A stretch of DNA of 64,000 bases from Candidatus Acetothermia bacterium. GTDB taxonomy: Bacteria; Bipolaricaulota; Bipolaricaulia; Bipolaricaulales; Bipolaricaulaceae. The notes below the pieces were generated by a model. That model was not told the origin of the DNA and ran no database searches. It saw only the letters and a program-made list of their open reading frames with translations. This document shows, one piece after another, positions 41,303-51,643 of the stretch; within the stretch, counting starts at the first letter, position 1, and each line of letters starts with the position of its first letter. Location: contig PWTL01000087.1 of the NCBI GenBank assembly GCA_003562845.1, positions 1,216 through 65,215 of the forward strand, written 5' to 3'. Made by a program: the position numbers and the translations under genes.

Positions 41303-43504
41303 ATGGGAAAGAAAAGACGCCGGCCTAGCAAGCGACCCCCCGCACGACAGTCGGGGCGTGCCCGGGCGGGGCTGGTGCTGGGGCAAGTGCGTCTGTGGGC
41401 GCTGGCGTTTTTCCTGTTGTCCATGCCGATCTTCTTCCTCCCCGGGAACACCGAGTACGGGTACACCAAGACCGTGTACACCTTGGTGTTCGTGTCGGTA
41501 CTTGTGCTCCTGTGGGCGGGGGAGAACCTCCTGCGCCGAGAGTGGATAGTGGAACTGACGTTGCTGTTCCCGGTACTGCCGGCGTTCTTGGCGGTATCTT
41601 TCCTCTCGGTGAGCGGTAGCGCTGCAGCCGGCTTGGTGCTCCAGTCGGCGGCGATCTTCCTCTACTTTGGACTCATCTACCTTCTGGTGGTGAATACGGC
41701 CCGCGAGGACAGCGCTGTGGTTGTTCTGCTGGGTGCTTTGCTCCTGGGAGGGGTGGGCACGGCACTATACGGACTACTTCAGTACACGGGGGCAGTTCCC
41801 GGCGGCCCTGGGCGGGGCCTGGGGGCGATGATCTCCAGCATGGGAAACCGGCAGTTCCTGGCCGGGTTCCTGTCGTACCTCGTGCTTCCCGTCGGGGTGC
41901 TGTTGATACGTCTACGCCGGACGTGGTCCCGGGCGGGGGCGCTGGTCTTGGGGGGGTTCGTCCTGGCGGTGATGCTCGTCACGCGCCAGGTCGGGGTGCG
42001 CCTGGGGCTGGGTGTCGCCAGCGGGTTTGTGGCCTTTGCCCTGGGGCTGTGGCCGGGGAAGGGCGCCCGGTGGATGTGGTGGTCTGCTGCCGCCGGGGCC
42101 GCCTTGGCCGCGCTGGGCAGCGTCGGGGGGTGGGGGTGGTTCCTGTCCGGGGCCGCTCTCCTGGGCAGCTGTGGTGTGGTGTGGGCTTGGGCGACAACGC
42201 TCAGGCGCCACAAGTGGGCATGGATACCCACAGCGGTGCTGGTACTGCTCGCGCTCATCCTGTTGATCCCTGTTACGTCTCCTGTTCCGGGCGTACGGCA
42301 GCTGTGGGCGCGGCAGTCGGGTGCGGTGAGGGCGTACGATTGGTGGGTAGGGTACGAAATGTGGAGGGACCGTCCCGTTTTTGGGATCGGGCTCAGCGCG
42401 TACAAGGCGGAATTCGTGCCCTACAAGACGACGTTCCTCGATACCCCGCGCGGTGAGCAGTATGACTTCCCCATTGCCCCCGCCGCTCAGGCGCACAACG
42501 AGTACGTGCAAGTGGCCGCCGAGTTGGGGACGGCCGGGTTCTTGGTGCTCTTGGGGGGGCTGGGGGGCATCGTCTGGCTGGGGTTGCGGAGGGTGGCAAC
42601 CCTAGAGGATCCACAGCGACGGCTGGAACTCATCCTGTTGGGTGGAGGGCTGATCGTGACTCTGGTGCACGCCACGGTGACCTTCCCCTGGAGGCTGCCC
42701 GCCTCCAGCCTGGCGTTCGTGACCATCTTGGGGGTGGCCTTCTCTCCCCGCTATGGGCCCGTGGGGGAGTGGACGGTTACCCTGCGGGGCAAAGTTCTGG
42801 CGGCGACGGCCGTCGCGCTGGCGGTGCTGGGGGTGACGGTCTCCGCGTTCGCAGTGCGCGATCTCATGGCCGATCGCTACCTCTTCCGCGGGCGCCAGGA
42901 ACTGGCAACGGGCAACGTGCAAGCGGCACGGGAGTTCTTGGAACGATCAGTGGACCTGGACTTCTTCCCCCGGGTGAACATGTACTGGCTGGGCCTGGCC
43001 CAACTTCGGGCGGGGGATCTGGAGGCGGCGCGGGACACACTGCGCGACTGCTTTGGCCGCTACGTGATTGAGCCCCTGTATGCGAACCTGGCCCAGGTGC
43101 ACATGCAGTTGGGGGAGACGAATGAGGCCCGGGGTCTCATCCAGGAGCTCTTGGCCACGCGCCCGCGGAAGGACATGGAGATTCACGCCCGCTATCTCCT
43201 GGCGATGTTGGAGGTAGGCGAGGGACGCTATGACGTTGCCCAAGAGTTCCTCCGGGAAGTGGTGGCCCTGGATAGGGAGCACTGGCGGGGGTGGATGCTC
43301 CTTGGGGATGTGGCGCGGGCCAGGGGAGATCGTGCACAGGCTCGGGACAACTACGGCCGTGCTCTGGAGATCATCGAGCGAGACCTGGGGCGCCTGGAAG
43401 CGCGCCTGGGGGAGGCGGTCCCCATGGACGAGTACGCCCGCATGCAAAGCGAATACCAAGAGCTGAGGCGCGCACGGGATTTGGCCCAACAGTACCTTCA
43501 GTAG
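41303..43504 (+). CDS. O-antigen ligase/polymerase-like (Wzy_C) membrane protein with C-terminal TPR repeats
   Basis: At least 10 predicted TM segments and the loop motif AQAHNEYVQVAAELGTAGFLV. The C-terminal ~230 aa contain TPR-like repeats (AREFLERSVDLD..., ARDNYGRALEI). Confidence 0.7.
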   Translation: MGKKRRRPSKRPPARQSGRARAGLVLGQVRLWALAFFLLSMPIFFLPGNTEYGYTKTVYTLVFVSVLVLLWAGENLLRREWIVELTLLFPVLPAFLAVSFLSVSGSAAAGLVLQSAAIFLYFGLIYLLVVNTAREDSAVVVLLGALLLGGVGTALYGLLQYTGAVPGGPGRGLGAMISSMGNRQFLAGFLSYLVLPVGVLLIRLRRTWSRAGALVLGGFVLAVMLVTRQVGVRLGLGVASGFVAFALGLWPGKGARWMWWSAAAGAALAALGSVGGWGWFLSGAALLGSCGVVWAWATTLRRHKWAWIPTAVLVLLALILLIPVTSPVPGVRQLWARQSGAVRAYDWWVGYEMWRDRPVFGIGLSAYKAEFVPYKTTFLDTPRGEQYDFPIAPAAQAHNEYVQVAAELGTAGFLVLLGGLGGIVWLGLRRVATLEDPQRRLELILLGGGLIVTLVHATVTFPWRLPASSLAFVTILGVAFSPRYGPVGEWTVTLRGKVLAATAVALAVLGVTVSAFAVRDLMADRYLFRGRQELATGNVQAAREFLERSVDLDFFPRVNMYWLGLAQLRAGDLEAARDTLRDCFGRYVIEPLYANLAQVHMQLGETNEARGLIQELLATRPRKDMEIHARYLLAMLEVGEGRYDVAQEFLREVVALDREHWRGWMLLGDVARARGDRAQARDNYGRALEIIERDLGRLEARLGEAVPMDEYARMQSEYQELRRARDLAQQYLQ

Positions 43505-43596
43505 CAACGCGAACAGGCAGCTCCTGCCGCACGGCGAGAAGGTTGTCTGGCTCTTTCTCGTTTGCGAAGCGGAGCCCTCCCGCTTAACTTCTGTCC

Positions 43597-46380
43597 ATGG
43601 CCTCACTGCGATACATGGTGGACCGGTTGTTCGGTCAGACGAACGAACAGAGGCTCCGACGCTTGTTCCCCCTTTTGGAGCGGGTCAACGAGTTGGCCGA
43701 AGGAACGGGAGCTCTGTCGGACGCACAGCTCCGCGCCAAGACAGACGAGTTCCGCGTCCGTTTGGAGCAGGGAGAGAAGGAAGACGATCTTCTTCCCGAG
43801 ACGTTCGCTGTGGTACGGGAAGTGGCGCATCGCACGATCGGGCTCCGGCCTTATGACGTGCAAGTTCTGGGGGGAATTGTTCTTCACCAGCGGCGCATAG
43901 CGGAGATGAAGACCGGCGAAGGAAAGACTCTAGTGGCCACTATGCCCGCGTATCTCAACGCGCTCCTGGGCAAGGTACACATTGTGACGGTCAACGACTA
44001 CCTGGCCCGCCGCGATCGGCAGTGGATGGGCCCAGTGTACGAAGCATTGGGACTGTCCGTGGGGTTGATCCAAGAGGACATGAACCCCGATCAGCGAAGG
44101 GAAGCCTACGCTTGCGACATAGTCTATGGAACCAATGCTCAGTTTGGCTTCGACTATCTCCGCGATCACATGGTTATCGGGGCGCACCAGAAGGTGCAAC
44201 GTACACACGACTATGCCATCGTCGACGAGATCGACAATATCCTGGTAGACGAAGCCCGCACTCCGCTCATCATCTCCGGTCCCACCGAGCAGACCGTGCG
44301 CATGTTCCGCGACTTCGCTCGGGTGGCCAAGCTGTTCAAGCCCGGGGAGGACTTCGAGGTAGACGAGGAGCACAAACGCCTCACCTTGACCGACGAGGGG
44401 ATCACCAAGGCAGAGCGGGTGCTGAAGATAGACAATTACTCCGATCCGCGGGCCGTCACTGCCCGACAGCACTTGGAGACCGCCCTGCGTGCGCGCACGT
44501 TCTTCAAGCGAGACCGGGAGTACATCGTCAAGGACGGCAGGGTGATGATCGTCGACGAGTTCACGGGGAGGCTGATGCCCGACCGCCGCTACTCGGGAGG
44601 GCTACACCAGGCCATCGAGGCCAAGGAGAACCTGTCCGTGCAACGCGAGTCGCAGACGCTCGCGCAGATTACGCTGCAGCACTACTTCCGGCTGTACGGG
44701 GGCCTTGCGGGCATGACCGGCACGGCGAAGACCGAGGAAGAGGAGTTCGAGGAAATATACGGCCTGGACGTTGTGCAAATCCCCACGAACAGGCCTCTGA
44801 TCCGGGAGGCCCTGCCGGACGTCATCTACCGGACGCGCAAGGCGAAGTTCGAGGCGGTGGCGGACGAAGTAGAGGCCCTGCACAGCGAACAGCGGCCGGT
44901 GTTGATAGGAACTACGTCCATCGAGGACTCTGAGCAGCTGTCCAAGATGCTCAAGCGGCGAGGGCTCAAGCACGAGGTGCTGAACGCGAAGTACCACGAG
45001 CGGGAAGCGTACATCATCGCCCAGGCCGGGCGGGCGGGAGCCGTCACCATCGCCACGAACATGGCCGGGAGAGGCACGGACATCGTCCTCGGCGGGGGTC
45101 CAGAGCATCGGGCAGCGGAGGAGGCAGACCCTGCCGAGGAGTCGGAGCGCTACGGACAGCTCCTGGAGGCCTATCGACAGGAAGCCAAACACGAGCGAGA
45201 GAAGATCGTCACCCCGGCGGATCCTGACTCCGAGTACGGCAGGAGGGCGCTATCCCTCATCAGCAAGTGGTGCGAGGAAACCGGGCGCCCCTTCCGGGCC
45301 GAGGAGTGGCGCGATCAGCTCCACCAGGGCGGCCTGCACGTGATTGGCTGCCAACGGCACGAGGCGCGGCGCATCGACGACCAGCTTGCCGGACGTACCG
45401 GGCGGCAAGGTGACCCGGGGAGCTCGCGCTTTTTCCTGTCCACCGAGGACGACTTGCTGCGCATCTTCGGTGGAGAACGTATCGGGTCCATCATGGACCG
45501 TTTGGGGGTGGAGGAAGGGGAGCCCATCACCCATGATCTCCTCAGCCGGGCGGTCCGCAACGCACAGAAGCGCGTTGAGGAGAGGAACTTCGAGATCAGA
45601 AAGCGCCTGCTTGACTACGATGAGGTGATGGCGCGTCAACGGGAGACCATATACCAGTCGCGGGAGGATCTTCTGTTCCCCGCCCCCGGGGAGCCGCCCG
45701 ACGATGCTCCTGTGTGGGAGAGGTTGCAGCAGATGGCCGACGAGTACGCGGAAGTGCTCGTAGAGCGCCTTTTTCCCCCGGGGAGTTCCCCCGACGAGGA
45801 GAACTGCCGGGAGCTGTCCGCTGAACTCACCCGGCTGGCCGACCAGGCGCCCGCGGCCGGGGAGCTGGCCGCGGCAAGATCGACTGAGGATCTGGCGGGG
45901 CGCCTCCAGGAGCTATTTCGGGAGCAGCTCGAACGACAACGGGAGAGACTGGCTCCGCACTTCCTCAACGCCGCTCGGAGAGTTCTCCTGCAGACTCTGG
46001 ACGAGAACTGGCGATTGCACCTTCTGGAGCTGGACGATGTGCGCGAGGGAATCGGCTGGCGCGCCTATGGGGGAACGAACCCGCTAGTGGAGTTCCGTCG
46101 GGAAGCGCACCGTCTGTTTCAGGAGATGCTCGTACGCAGCGAAGAACAAGCGATGCAAGTGCTTCTCTCTCCTCGTCTGGACATCCGGCCGCAGAGCCAG
46201 CCTCAGCCGAGCTCCGTGTCCACCACGGCCGCCGCATTCCAGCCCCGCGCCCAGGGCGCGTCGGGCACGCATGGGGGAGGGGCGAAGCAGGCCACTTCCA
46301 CGAAACCGGGGAGGAACGATCCCTGCCCGTGCGGCTCGGGCAAGAAGTACAAGCGCTGCTGCGGCCGCCGGGGATCCTAG
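43597..46380 (+). CDS. secA: Preprotein translocase ATPase SecA
   Basis: MKTGEGKTLVATMPAYLNAL, DEIDNILVDEARTPLIISG, TNMAGRGTDI and the C-terminal Zn motif CPCGSGKKYKRCCG. 927 aa. Confidence 0.93.
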   Translation: MASLRYMVDRLFGQTNEQRLRRLFPLLERVNELAEGTGALSDAQLRAKTDEFRVRLEQGEKEDDLLPETFAVVREVAHRTIGLRPYDVQVLGGIVLHQRRIAEMKTGEGKTLVATMPAYLNALLGKVHIVTVNDYLARRDRQWMGPVYEALGLSVGLIQEDMNPDQRREAYACDIVYGTNAQFGFDYLRDHMVIGAHQKVQRTHDYAIVDEIDNILVDEARTPLIISGPTEQTVRMFRDFARVAKLFKPGEDFEVDEEHKRLTLTDEGITKAERVLKIDNYSDPRAVTARQHLETALRARTFFKRDREYIVKDGRVMIVDEFTGRLMPDRRYSGGLHQAIEAKENLSVQRESQTLAQITLQHYFRLYGGLAGMTGTAKTEEEEFEEIYGLDVVQIPTNRPLIREALPDVIYRTRKAKFEAVADEVEALHSEQRPVLIGTTSIEDSEQLSKMLKRRGLKHEVLNAKYHEREAYIIAQAGRAGAVTIATNMAGRGTDIVLGGGPEHRAAEEADPAEESERYGQLLEAYRQEAKHEREKIVTPADPDSEYGRRALSLISKWCEETGRPFRAEEWRDQLHQGGLHVIGCQRHEARRIDDQLAGRTGRQGDPGSSRFFLSTEDDLLRIFGGERIGSIMDRLGVEEGEPITHDLLSRAVRNAQKRVEERNFEIRKRLLDYDEVMARQRETIYQSREDLLFPAPGEPPDDAPVWERLQQMADEYAEVLVERLFPPGSSPDEENCRELSAELTRLADQAPAAGELAAARSTEDLAGRLQELFREQLERQRERLAPHFLNAARRVLLQTLDENWRLHLLELDDVREGIGWRAYGGTNPLVEFRREAHRLFQEMLVRSEEQAMQVLLSPRLDIRPQSQPQPSSVSTTAAAFQPRAQGASGTHGGGAKQATSTKPGRNDPCPCGSGKKYKRCCGRRGS

Positions 46381-46397
46381 AACTGCCTCTCACTGCC

Positions 46398-46426
46398 TTG
46401 ACCTACAGGAGCAGTGTCTCTATCAT
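46398..46426 (+). promoter_or_regulatory. Sigma-A-type promoter candidate of the hrcA operon (TTGACC-N17-TATCAT)
   Basis: TTGACC at 46398-46403, a 17-nt spacer and TATCAT at 46421-46426, 3 nt upstream of the CIRCE-like inverted repeat. Confidence 0.5.
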
Positions 46427-46429
46427 TCA

Positions 46430-46456
46430 TTAGCAAACAGCTGGGGTGATTGCTAA
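46430..46456. promoter_or_regulatory. CIRCE-like HrcA operator (9-N9-9 inverted repeat)
   Basis: The sequence is TTAGCAAAC-agctggggt-GATTGCTAA; the CIRCE consensus is TTAGCACTC-N9-GAGTGCTAA. It abuts the hrcA ATG (46457). Confidence 0.7.
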
Positions 46457-47497
46457 ATGCGAGGGCGACGGGAGCTCCTCCTGAAGGAAGTGGTAGACCA
46501 GTATATCCGTACGTTGAGCCCTATCTCCTCTCGTGGGCTGATCGAGGAGTACGGGCACTCGTTCAGCTCGGCCACCGTGCGCAACGAGTTGGCCGCGCTG
46601 GAACGAGGCGGATACCTGTTCAAGCCGTACCCCTCGGCGGGGAGAGTCCCGACCAAGGCTGGATACCGCTTCTTCGCCGAGTGGCTCTTGGAACTCGCCG
46701 AGCTGCAGGAGAGGCCGCAGCGGCTTCCGGTGGAGCCTCCCGAAATTGCCCCCCAGCAGCTTCCGGATCTCCTGCGGAGGACGGCCCTGTTACTGGCATC
46801 GATGACCGGCCAGCTGGGGTTCGTGTTGGCTCCTCCGGTGGAGACGTTGCGCTTGGGCGGGCTTGTGATGCGGCGCCTGGCGCCGGGCACGGTGCTGGTG
46901 GTTGTGCTGTCCGAATTGGGCGTTGTGGAGTCCCGTGTGTTGGAGCTGGAACGCGACCTAGGTATCGAAGAGCTGGACGAAGTGGAACGTGTTCTGGCTG
47001 GCCGAGTGCAGGGACTCCGACTGGAAGAACTCTCCCGGCTGGGTGTCCTGGACGTGGAGGGGTGGCACGACCCTACCGTGTCCGCGGCGGTGGAGTTGCT
47101 CAAGGGGCTGTCGGCCAAGGAGCTGCGTCGGCGCCTGTACGCGGAGGGGCTCGCCCAGCTTCTGGAAGGAATGCGTTATCAGAGACCAGAGGACGTGTTG
47201 GAGAGGATCTGTGGGCTCCTGAGAGTACTGGAAGATGAACGCGGCTTTGCTGCCGCATTGGAGATGATGCGCCGGGGCCGGCGCGGTCTGTTGGCCCACG
47301 TGGGCGATGAAACTGTAGACGAGCTGGCGGAGTTCAGTGTGATCACCACATCGTTTTTCGGCGACAGCGGTGTGTTGGGGGTCATCGGCCCCCTGTGGCT
47401 CGACTATGCGCGGGCCTTTTCCGCGCTACGGTACGTCGCCGGCAGGCTGGACGCCATCCTGGTGTTCTCTAACCGGGTTCAGGAGGTGGAGCAATGA
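46457..47497 (+). CDS. hrcA: Heat-inducible transcription repressor HrcA
   Basis: The N-terminal wHTH (LLKEVVDQYIRTLSPISSRGLIEEYGHSFSSATVRNELAALERGGYL) is typical of HrcA. First gene of hrcA-grpE-dnaK-dnaJ. Confidence 0.9.
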   Translation: MRGRRELLLKEVVDQYIRTLSPISSRGLIEEYGHSFSSATVRNELAALERGGYLFKPYPSAGRVPTKAGYRFFAEWLLELAELQERPQRLPVEPPEIAPQQLPDLLRRTALLLASMTGQLGFVLAPPVETLRLGGLVMRRLAPGTVLVVVLSELGVVESRVLELERDLGIEELDEVERVLAGRVQGLRLEELSRLGVLDVEGWHDPTVSAAVELLKGLSAKELRRRLYAEGLAQLLEGMRYQRPEDVLERICGLLRVLEDERGFAAALEMMRRGRRGLLAHVGDETVDELAEFSVITTSFFGDSGVLGVIGPLWLDYARAFSALRYVAGRLDAILVFSNRVQEVEQ

Positions 47498-48090
47498 ACG
47501 AGCGCGATCAGGAAATGGAAGAGCATACCCAGGAGGAGCAACAACAGCAGCCGGAAGAGGAGCGTCAGGAGAATGATCTGCAGGCGAAGCTGACGGAGAA
47601 AGAGAAGGAGACTCAGGAACTGCGGGACAAGTTGCTCCGGCTGCGCGCTGATTTTGAGAACTACCGCAAGCAGATGGACAGAAACATGAACGCACTGGCA
47701 AGGCGGGTCTCCGATCAGGAGATAGTGGATTTTCTGCCGGTGTACGACTCTATGGACGCGGCCTTTCGCGCCTATCGCCGGGCGGAGGACGCTCAGGCGT
47801 TTGTTGAGGGTATGGAGCGCATATTCGCGCAGTTCTCCGAGACACTGGAACGAAAGGGGTGTCGGGCGTTTGGCTCGCGGGGGGAGAAGTTCGATCCGGC
47901 GCGGCACGAGGTACTGATCGCCGTTGAGGCCCCCGAAGAGCGCGACACCATTCTGGAAGAGTTCGAGCGGGGCTGGTACCGCGGCGATCAAGTGTTACGT
48001 CCGGCCAAGGTGAAGGCCAGCCTCGGAAAAGAAACGAATACGGGAGGTGAAGACGATGGCGGAAACGAAGGAAAGAGTAATAGGGATTGA
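47494..48090 (+). CDS. grpE: Nucleotide exchange factor GrpE
   Basis: Acidic N-terminus, coiled-coil [13 protein letters not shown], and a C-terminal beta-domain (FDPARHEVL...[10 protein letters not shown]). ATGA overlap with hrcA. Confidence 0.88.
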   Translation: MNERDQEMEEHTQEEQQQQPEEERQENDLQAKLTEKEKETQELRDKLLRLRADFENYRKQMDRNMNALARRVSDQEIVDFLPVYDSMDAAFRAYRRAEDAQAFVEGMERIFAQFSETLERKGCRAFGSRGEKFDPARHEVLIAVEAPEERDTILEEFERGWYRGDQVLRPAKVKASLGKETNTGGEDDGGNEGKSNRD

Positions 48091-49906
48091 CTTAGGGACC
48101 ACAAACTCCTGCGCCGCAATGGTGCGCGGAGGGCGCCCGGACATCCTCCCCAATGCTGAGGGGGAGCGGATCACCCCGTCCGTGGTCGTGTTCGGCGACG
48201 GAGATGAGGTGCTGGTGGGACAGCTTGCCAAGCGGCAAGCGCTGTTGAGCTCGGACCGCGTGGTACTGTCTGTCAAACGAAAGATGGGCACCGACTGGCG
48301 GTTCGCGCTGTCTCAGGACGGCAAGAGCCAGGAGTACACTCCGGAGCAGATCTCGGCGTACATCCTCCAGAAGATCAAGCAGGATGCCGAGAGCTTCCTC
48401 GGTGGCGAAGTGCGCAAGGCGGTGATCACCGTCCCCGCCTACTTCAACAACTTGCAGCGCCAGGCCACCAAGGATGCGGGGAAGATCGCCGGGCTGGAGG
48501 TGCTCCGGATCATCAACGAGCCCACAGCTGCAGCACTGGCCTACGGGCTCGACCGCCAGCAAGAGGAGCAGACGATCCTGGTGTTCGACTTGGGCGGAGG
48601 CACGTTCGACGTTTCCATTCTGGAGCTGGGGGAAGGAGTTTTCGAGGTGATCGCCTCCGATGGGGACACCCAGCTCGGCGGAGATGACTTCGATCGCCGG
48701 ATCATGGACTGGCTGGTGGAGGAGTTCCGCGGGGAGACGGGCATCGACCTCAGCAAGGACCCGGCGGCCCTGCAGCGGCTCCGTGATGCGGCCGAGTCAG
48801 CGAAGAAGGAACTCTCCAGCCGCATGGAGGCCAAGATCTCCCTCCCCTACCTTACAGCCGATGCCTCGGGGCCCAAGCACTTGGAGAAGACTCTCACCCG
48901 CGCCAGGCTGGAGGGGATGATCGAAGATCTTCTACAGCGGACGATGAACACCGTGGACAACACCCTGCAGGCGGCCAAGAAGAGCCCGGAGGACATCCAG
49001 CAGGTCGTGCTTGTGGGAGGAAGCACACGCATTCCCAAGGTACAACAGCTGGTGGCGCAGCGGTTCGCCAAGGGCCAGATCAACAGGGACATCAACCCCG
49101 ACGAGGTAGTGGCCCTGGGAGCTGCGGTGCAGGCAGCGATTCTGGCCGGGGAAATGGACGAGGTGGTGCTCCTGGACGTGACTCCGCTGTCCCTGTCCAT
49201 CGAGACCTTGGGCGGAGTGGCCACGCCCATCATCGAGCGCAACACTACTATCCCCGTGGAGCGTAGCAAGACGTTTACCACCGCCGAAGACTACCAGTCT
49301 CAGGTAGAGATCCACGTGCTGCAGGGAGAGCGAAAGATGGCCCAGGACAACAAATCTCTGGGCAGGTTTGTCCTGTCGGACATGCCGCCGGCGCCGCGGG
49401 GGACGCCGCAGATCGACGTTACGTTCTCTATAAACACTGATGGGATCCTCGAGGTCACGGCCAAGGACAAGGGCACCGGCAAGAGCTCGTCCATCACTAT
49501 CAAGGAGTCCTCCCGGCTCTCCCAGGAGGAGATCGAGCGGATGCGCAAGGAGGCCGAAGAGCACGCCGAGGAGGACCGGCGCCGTGCCGAAGAGGTCGAG
49601 GCGCGAAATGAGGCCGACCAGCTCATCTACACTGTGGAGAAGACCTTGGAGAACCTGGGCGACAAAGTGCCCTCGGCGAAGCGGGGCGAGATCGAGACAG
49701 CCGTCCGTGACCTGCGGCAGAAGCTTGACTCTCGGGCCGATGTGGCATCCCTGCGCTCGTCCATCGAAGCTCTGAAGCGAGTTGCCGGGGAGGTGGCGCA
49801 GGCCGCTTACAGTCAGGAGGCCGGGTCCGGAGGAGAAGAGGGCGGTCAGCAGGAAGGCGGCCAAGGGGAGCAAGGCTCCGACTACATCGACTACGAGAAG
49901 GAGTGA
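48056..49906 (+). CDS. dnaK: Molecular chaperone DnaK (Hsp70)
   Basis: ATG at 48056 lies 8 nt after [29 protein letters not shown] and [12 protein letters not shown]. Confidence 0.93.
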   Translation: MAETKERVIGIDLGTTNSCAAMVRGGRPDILPNAEGERITPSVVVFGDGDEVLVGQLAKRQALLSSDRVVLSVKRKMGTDWRFALSQDGKSQEYTPEQISAYILQKIKQDAESFLGGEVRKAVITVPAYFNNLQRQATKDAGKIAGLEVLRIINEPTAAALAYGLDRQQEEQTILVFDLGGGTFDVSILELGEGVFEVIASDGDTQLGGDDFDRRIMDWLVEEFRGETGIDLSKDPAALQRLRDAAESAKKELSSRMEAKISLPYLTADASGPKHLEKTLTRARLEGMIEDLLQRTMNTVDNTLQAAKKSPEDIQQVVLVGGSTRIPKVQQLVAQRFAKGQINRDINPDEVVALGAAVQAAILAGEMDEVVLLDVTPLSLSIETLGGVATPIIERNTTIPVERSKTFTTAEDYQSQVEIHVLQGERKMAQDNKSLGRFVLSDMPPAPRGTPQIDVTFSINTDGILEVTAKDKGTGKSSSITIKESSRLSQEEIERMRKEAEEHAEEDRRRAEEVEARNEADQLIYTVEKTLENLGDKVPSAKRGEIETAVRDLRQKLDSRADVASLRSSIEALKRVAGEVAQAAYSQEAGSGGEEGGQQEGGQGEQGSDYIDYEKE

Positions 49907-49913
49907 GTGACCG

Positions 49914-51023
49914 GTGCCCAAGGACTACTACGAGATCCTAGGGGTCAACCGCGATGCGCCTGCGGAGGAGATCAAGCGGGCGTACCGCCGCTTGGCCCGG
50001 CAGTATCACCCCGATGCGTTCAAGGGGGATAAGGCCGAGGCCGAGCGGCGGTTCCGGGAGATTGCCGAGGCGTACGAGGTTCTCTCCGACCCCGACAAGC
50101 GGGCCCAATACGACCGCTTTGGTCATGCCGGCCCGTCCCAGGGATTCGACTTCGGTCCCACCGACTTCCGGCGGGCTCGGGAGACGTTCGCCGAGTTCTT
50201 CGGACCGTCATCGTTCGACGAGATCTTCGATCTCTTCTTCTCCGACGGCGGCGGGACGCGGGCCAAGCACAAGGCCGGACGCTCGCGGAGGGGGGAGGAT
50301 CTGGAGTACAAGATCCGCATCAGCTTGGAGGACGCCGCCTTCGGCACGCGGATCAAGGCCTCTGTCCCCCGCTATGTGACCTGCTCCTCGTGTGGCGGGA
50401 GCGGGGCCAAAGAGAAGAGCGGTTCGCGAACCTGCCCCACCTGTCGTGGTGCGGGGAGAGTGCAGTTCAGGCAGAGCACCATGCTCGGGTCGTTTGTCAA
50501 CGTGCGGGAGTGCCCGGAGTGCCAGGGAGTGGGGGAGACAATGGAGAACCCTTGTCCCAAGTGCCGCGGCGACGGCAGGACGCGTGAGCGCAGCGAGATC
50601 GCCGTGGAGATACCCCCCGGCATCGACGAAGGAGCTCGCCTTCGCCTACGCGGGGAGGGAAACGCCGGGCGAGCCGGCGGCCCCCCCGGAGATCTGATCA
50701 TCAGGGTGGAGATTCAGCCGCACCACATGTTCCGCAGGGAGGGCTCCGACCTGCGAGTGGAGATCCCCGCCCACTATGGCCAGCTGGTGTTGGGGGACAA
50801 GGTGCGCGTTCCCACGCTGGACGGAGATGAGGAACTCACTATTCCCGCCGGCACATCTCCTGGAGCCAGCTTGCGCCTCCCGGGGCGAGGGATGCCCCGC
50901 GGACGACGGCGCGGCGACCTGGTAGTGGATCTGAAAGTAGCGGTCCCCAAGAAGCTCAAGCGCAAGCAGCGCGAACTACTGAAGGAGTTCACCGACTCCC
51001 TCCCCCCGCCGGATGAGGTGTAG
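49914..51023 (+). CDS. dnaJ: Co-chaperone DnaJ
   Basis: J-domain DYYEILGV...YHPD, a G/F-rich region, and four CxxCxGxG zinc motifs (CSSCGGSG, CPTCRGAG, CPECQGVG, CPKCRGDG). Confidence 0.92.
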   Translation: MPKDYYEILGVNRDAPAEEIKRAYRRLARQYHPDAFKGDKAEAERRFREIAEAYEVLSDPDKRAQYDRFGHAGPSQGFDFGPTDFRRARETFAEFFGPSSFDEIFDLFFSDGGGTRAKHKAGRSRRGEDLEYKIRISLEDAAFGTRIKASVPRYVTCSSCGGSGAKEKSGSRTCPTCRGAGRVQFRQSTMLGSFVNVRECPECQGVGETMENPCPKCRGDGRTRERSEIAVEIPPGIDEGARLRLRGEGNAGRAGGPPGDLIIRVEIQPHHMFRREGSDLRVEIPAHYGQLVLGDKVRVPTLDGDEELTIPAGTSPGASLRLPGRGMPRGRRRGDLVVDLKVAVPKKLKRKQRELLKEFTDSLPPPDEV

Positions 51024-51046
51024 CGAAGAAGGGAGGGGCAGCTTGT

Positions 51047-51643
51047 TCAGCTGTCCCCTTTTGCCAACTCGAGCACCGCGGGGCGGATGGCCTCTAGGGC
51101 TCGCCGACGGTGAGAAATGCGGTCCTTCTCCTCGGGAGACAGCTCAGCAAGAGTGGATTGCATCCCCAGCGGCACAAAGACGGGATCGTAGCCAAAGCCC
51201 CCCTGTCCGCGTGGGGAGCGGGAGATGGTCCCCGGCAACACGCCCTCCGCTTGCCACGTGCGCCCGTCGGGCAGCGCCAACACAACCATTGTGCGGAACT
51301 GCGCCCGTCGGTCCGCGGTGTCCTGTAGCTCCTGGAGGAGGAGGCGGGTGTTCGCTTGGTGATTCTTGTCCTCACCGGCATAGCGGGCCGAGCGAACACC
51401 AGGCGCGCCAGCCAGTGCGGCTACCTCCAAGCCGGAGTCCTCGGCCAAGGTGGGCAGGCCCGTTGCCTCGGCGGCCTGCTTTGCTTTGAGGTGAGCGTTC
51501 TCTTCGAGGGAAGCGCCCGTCTCCATAACTTCGGGAAACGGGCAGCGTTGGGGATCGGTCCACGCCACACCAGGTATCTCCCCCAGGATGCGCATACACT
51601 CGGCCAGCTTGTGTGTGTTCCGCGTTCCCAGGAGGATCGTCAC
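51047..51643 (-). CDS. rdgB: Non-canonical purine NTP pyrophosphatase (RdgB/HAM1)
   Basis: The GTG at 51643 forms a GTGA overlap with the upstream stop. [20 protein letters not shown] and GFGYDPVF motifs. About 198 aa. Confidence 0.85.
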   Translation of the reverse strand: MTILLGTRNTHKLAECMRILGEIPGVAWTDPQRCPFPEVMETGASLEENAHLKAKQAAEATGLPTLAEDSGLEVAALAGAPGVRSARYAGEDKNHQANTRLLLQELQDTADRRAQFRTMVVLALPDGRTWQAEGVLPGTISRSPRGQGGFGYDPVFVPLGMQSTLAELSPEEKDRISHRRRALEAIRPAVLELAKGDS

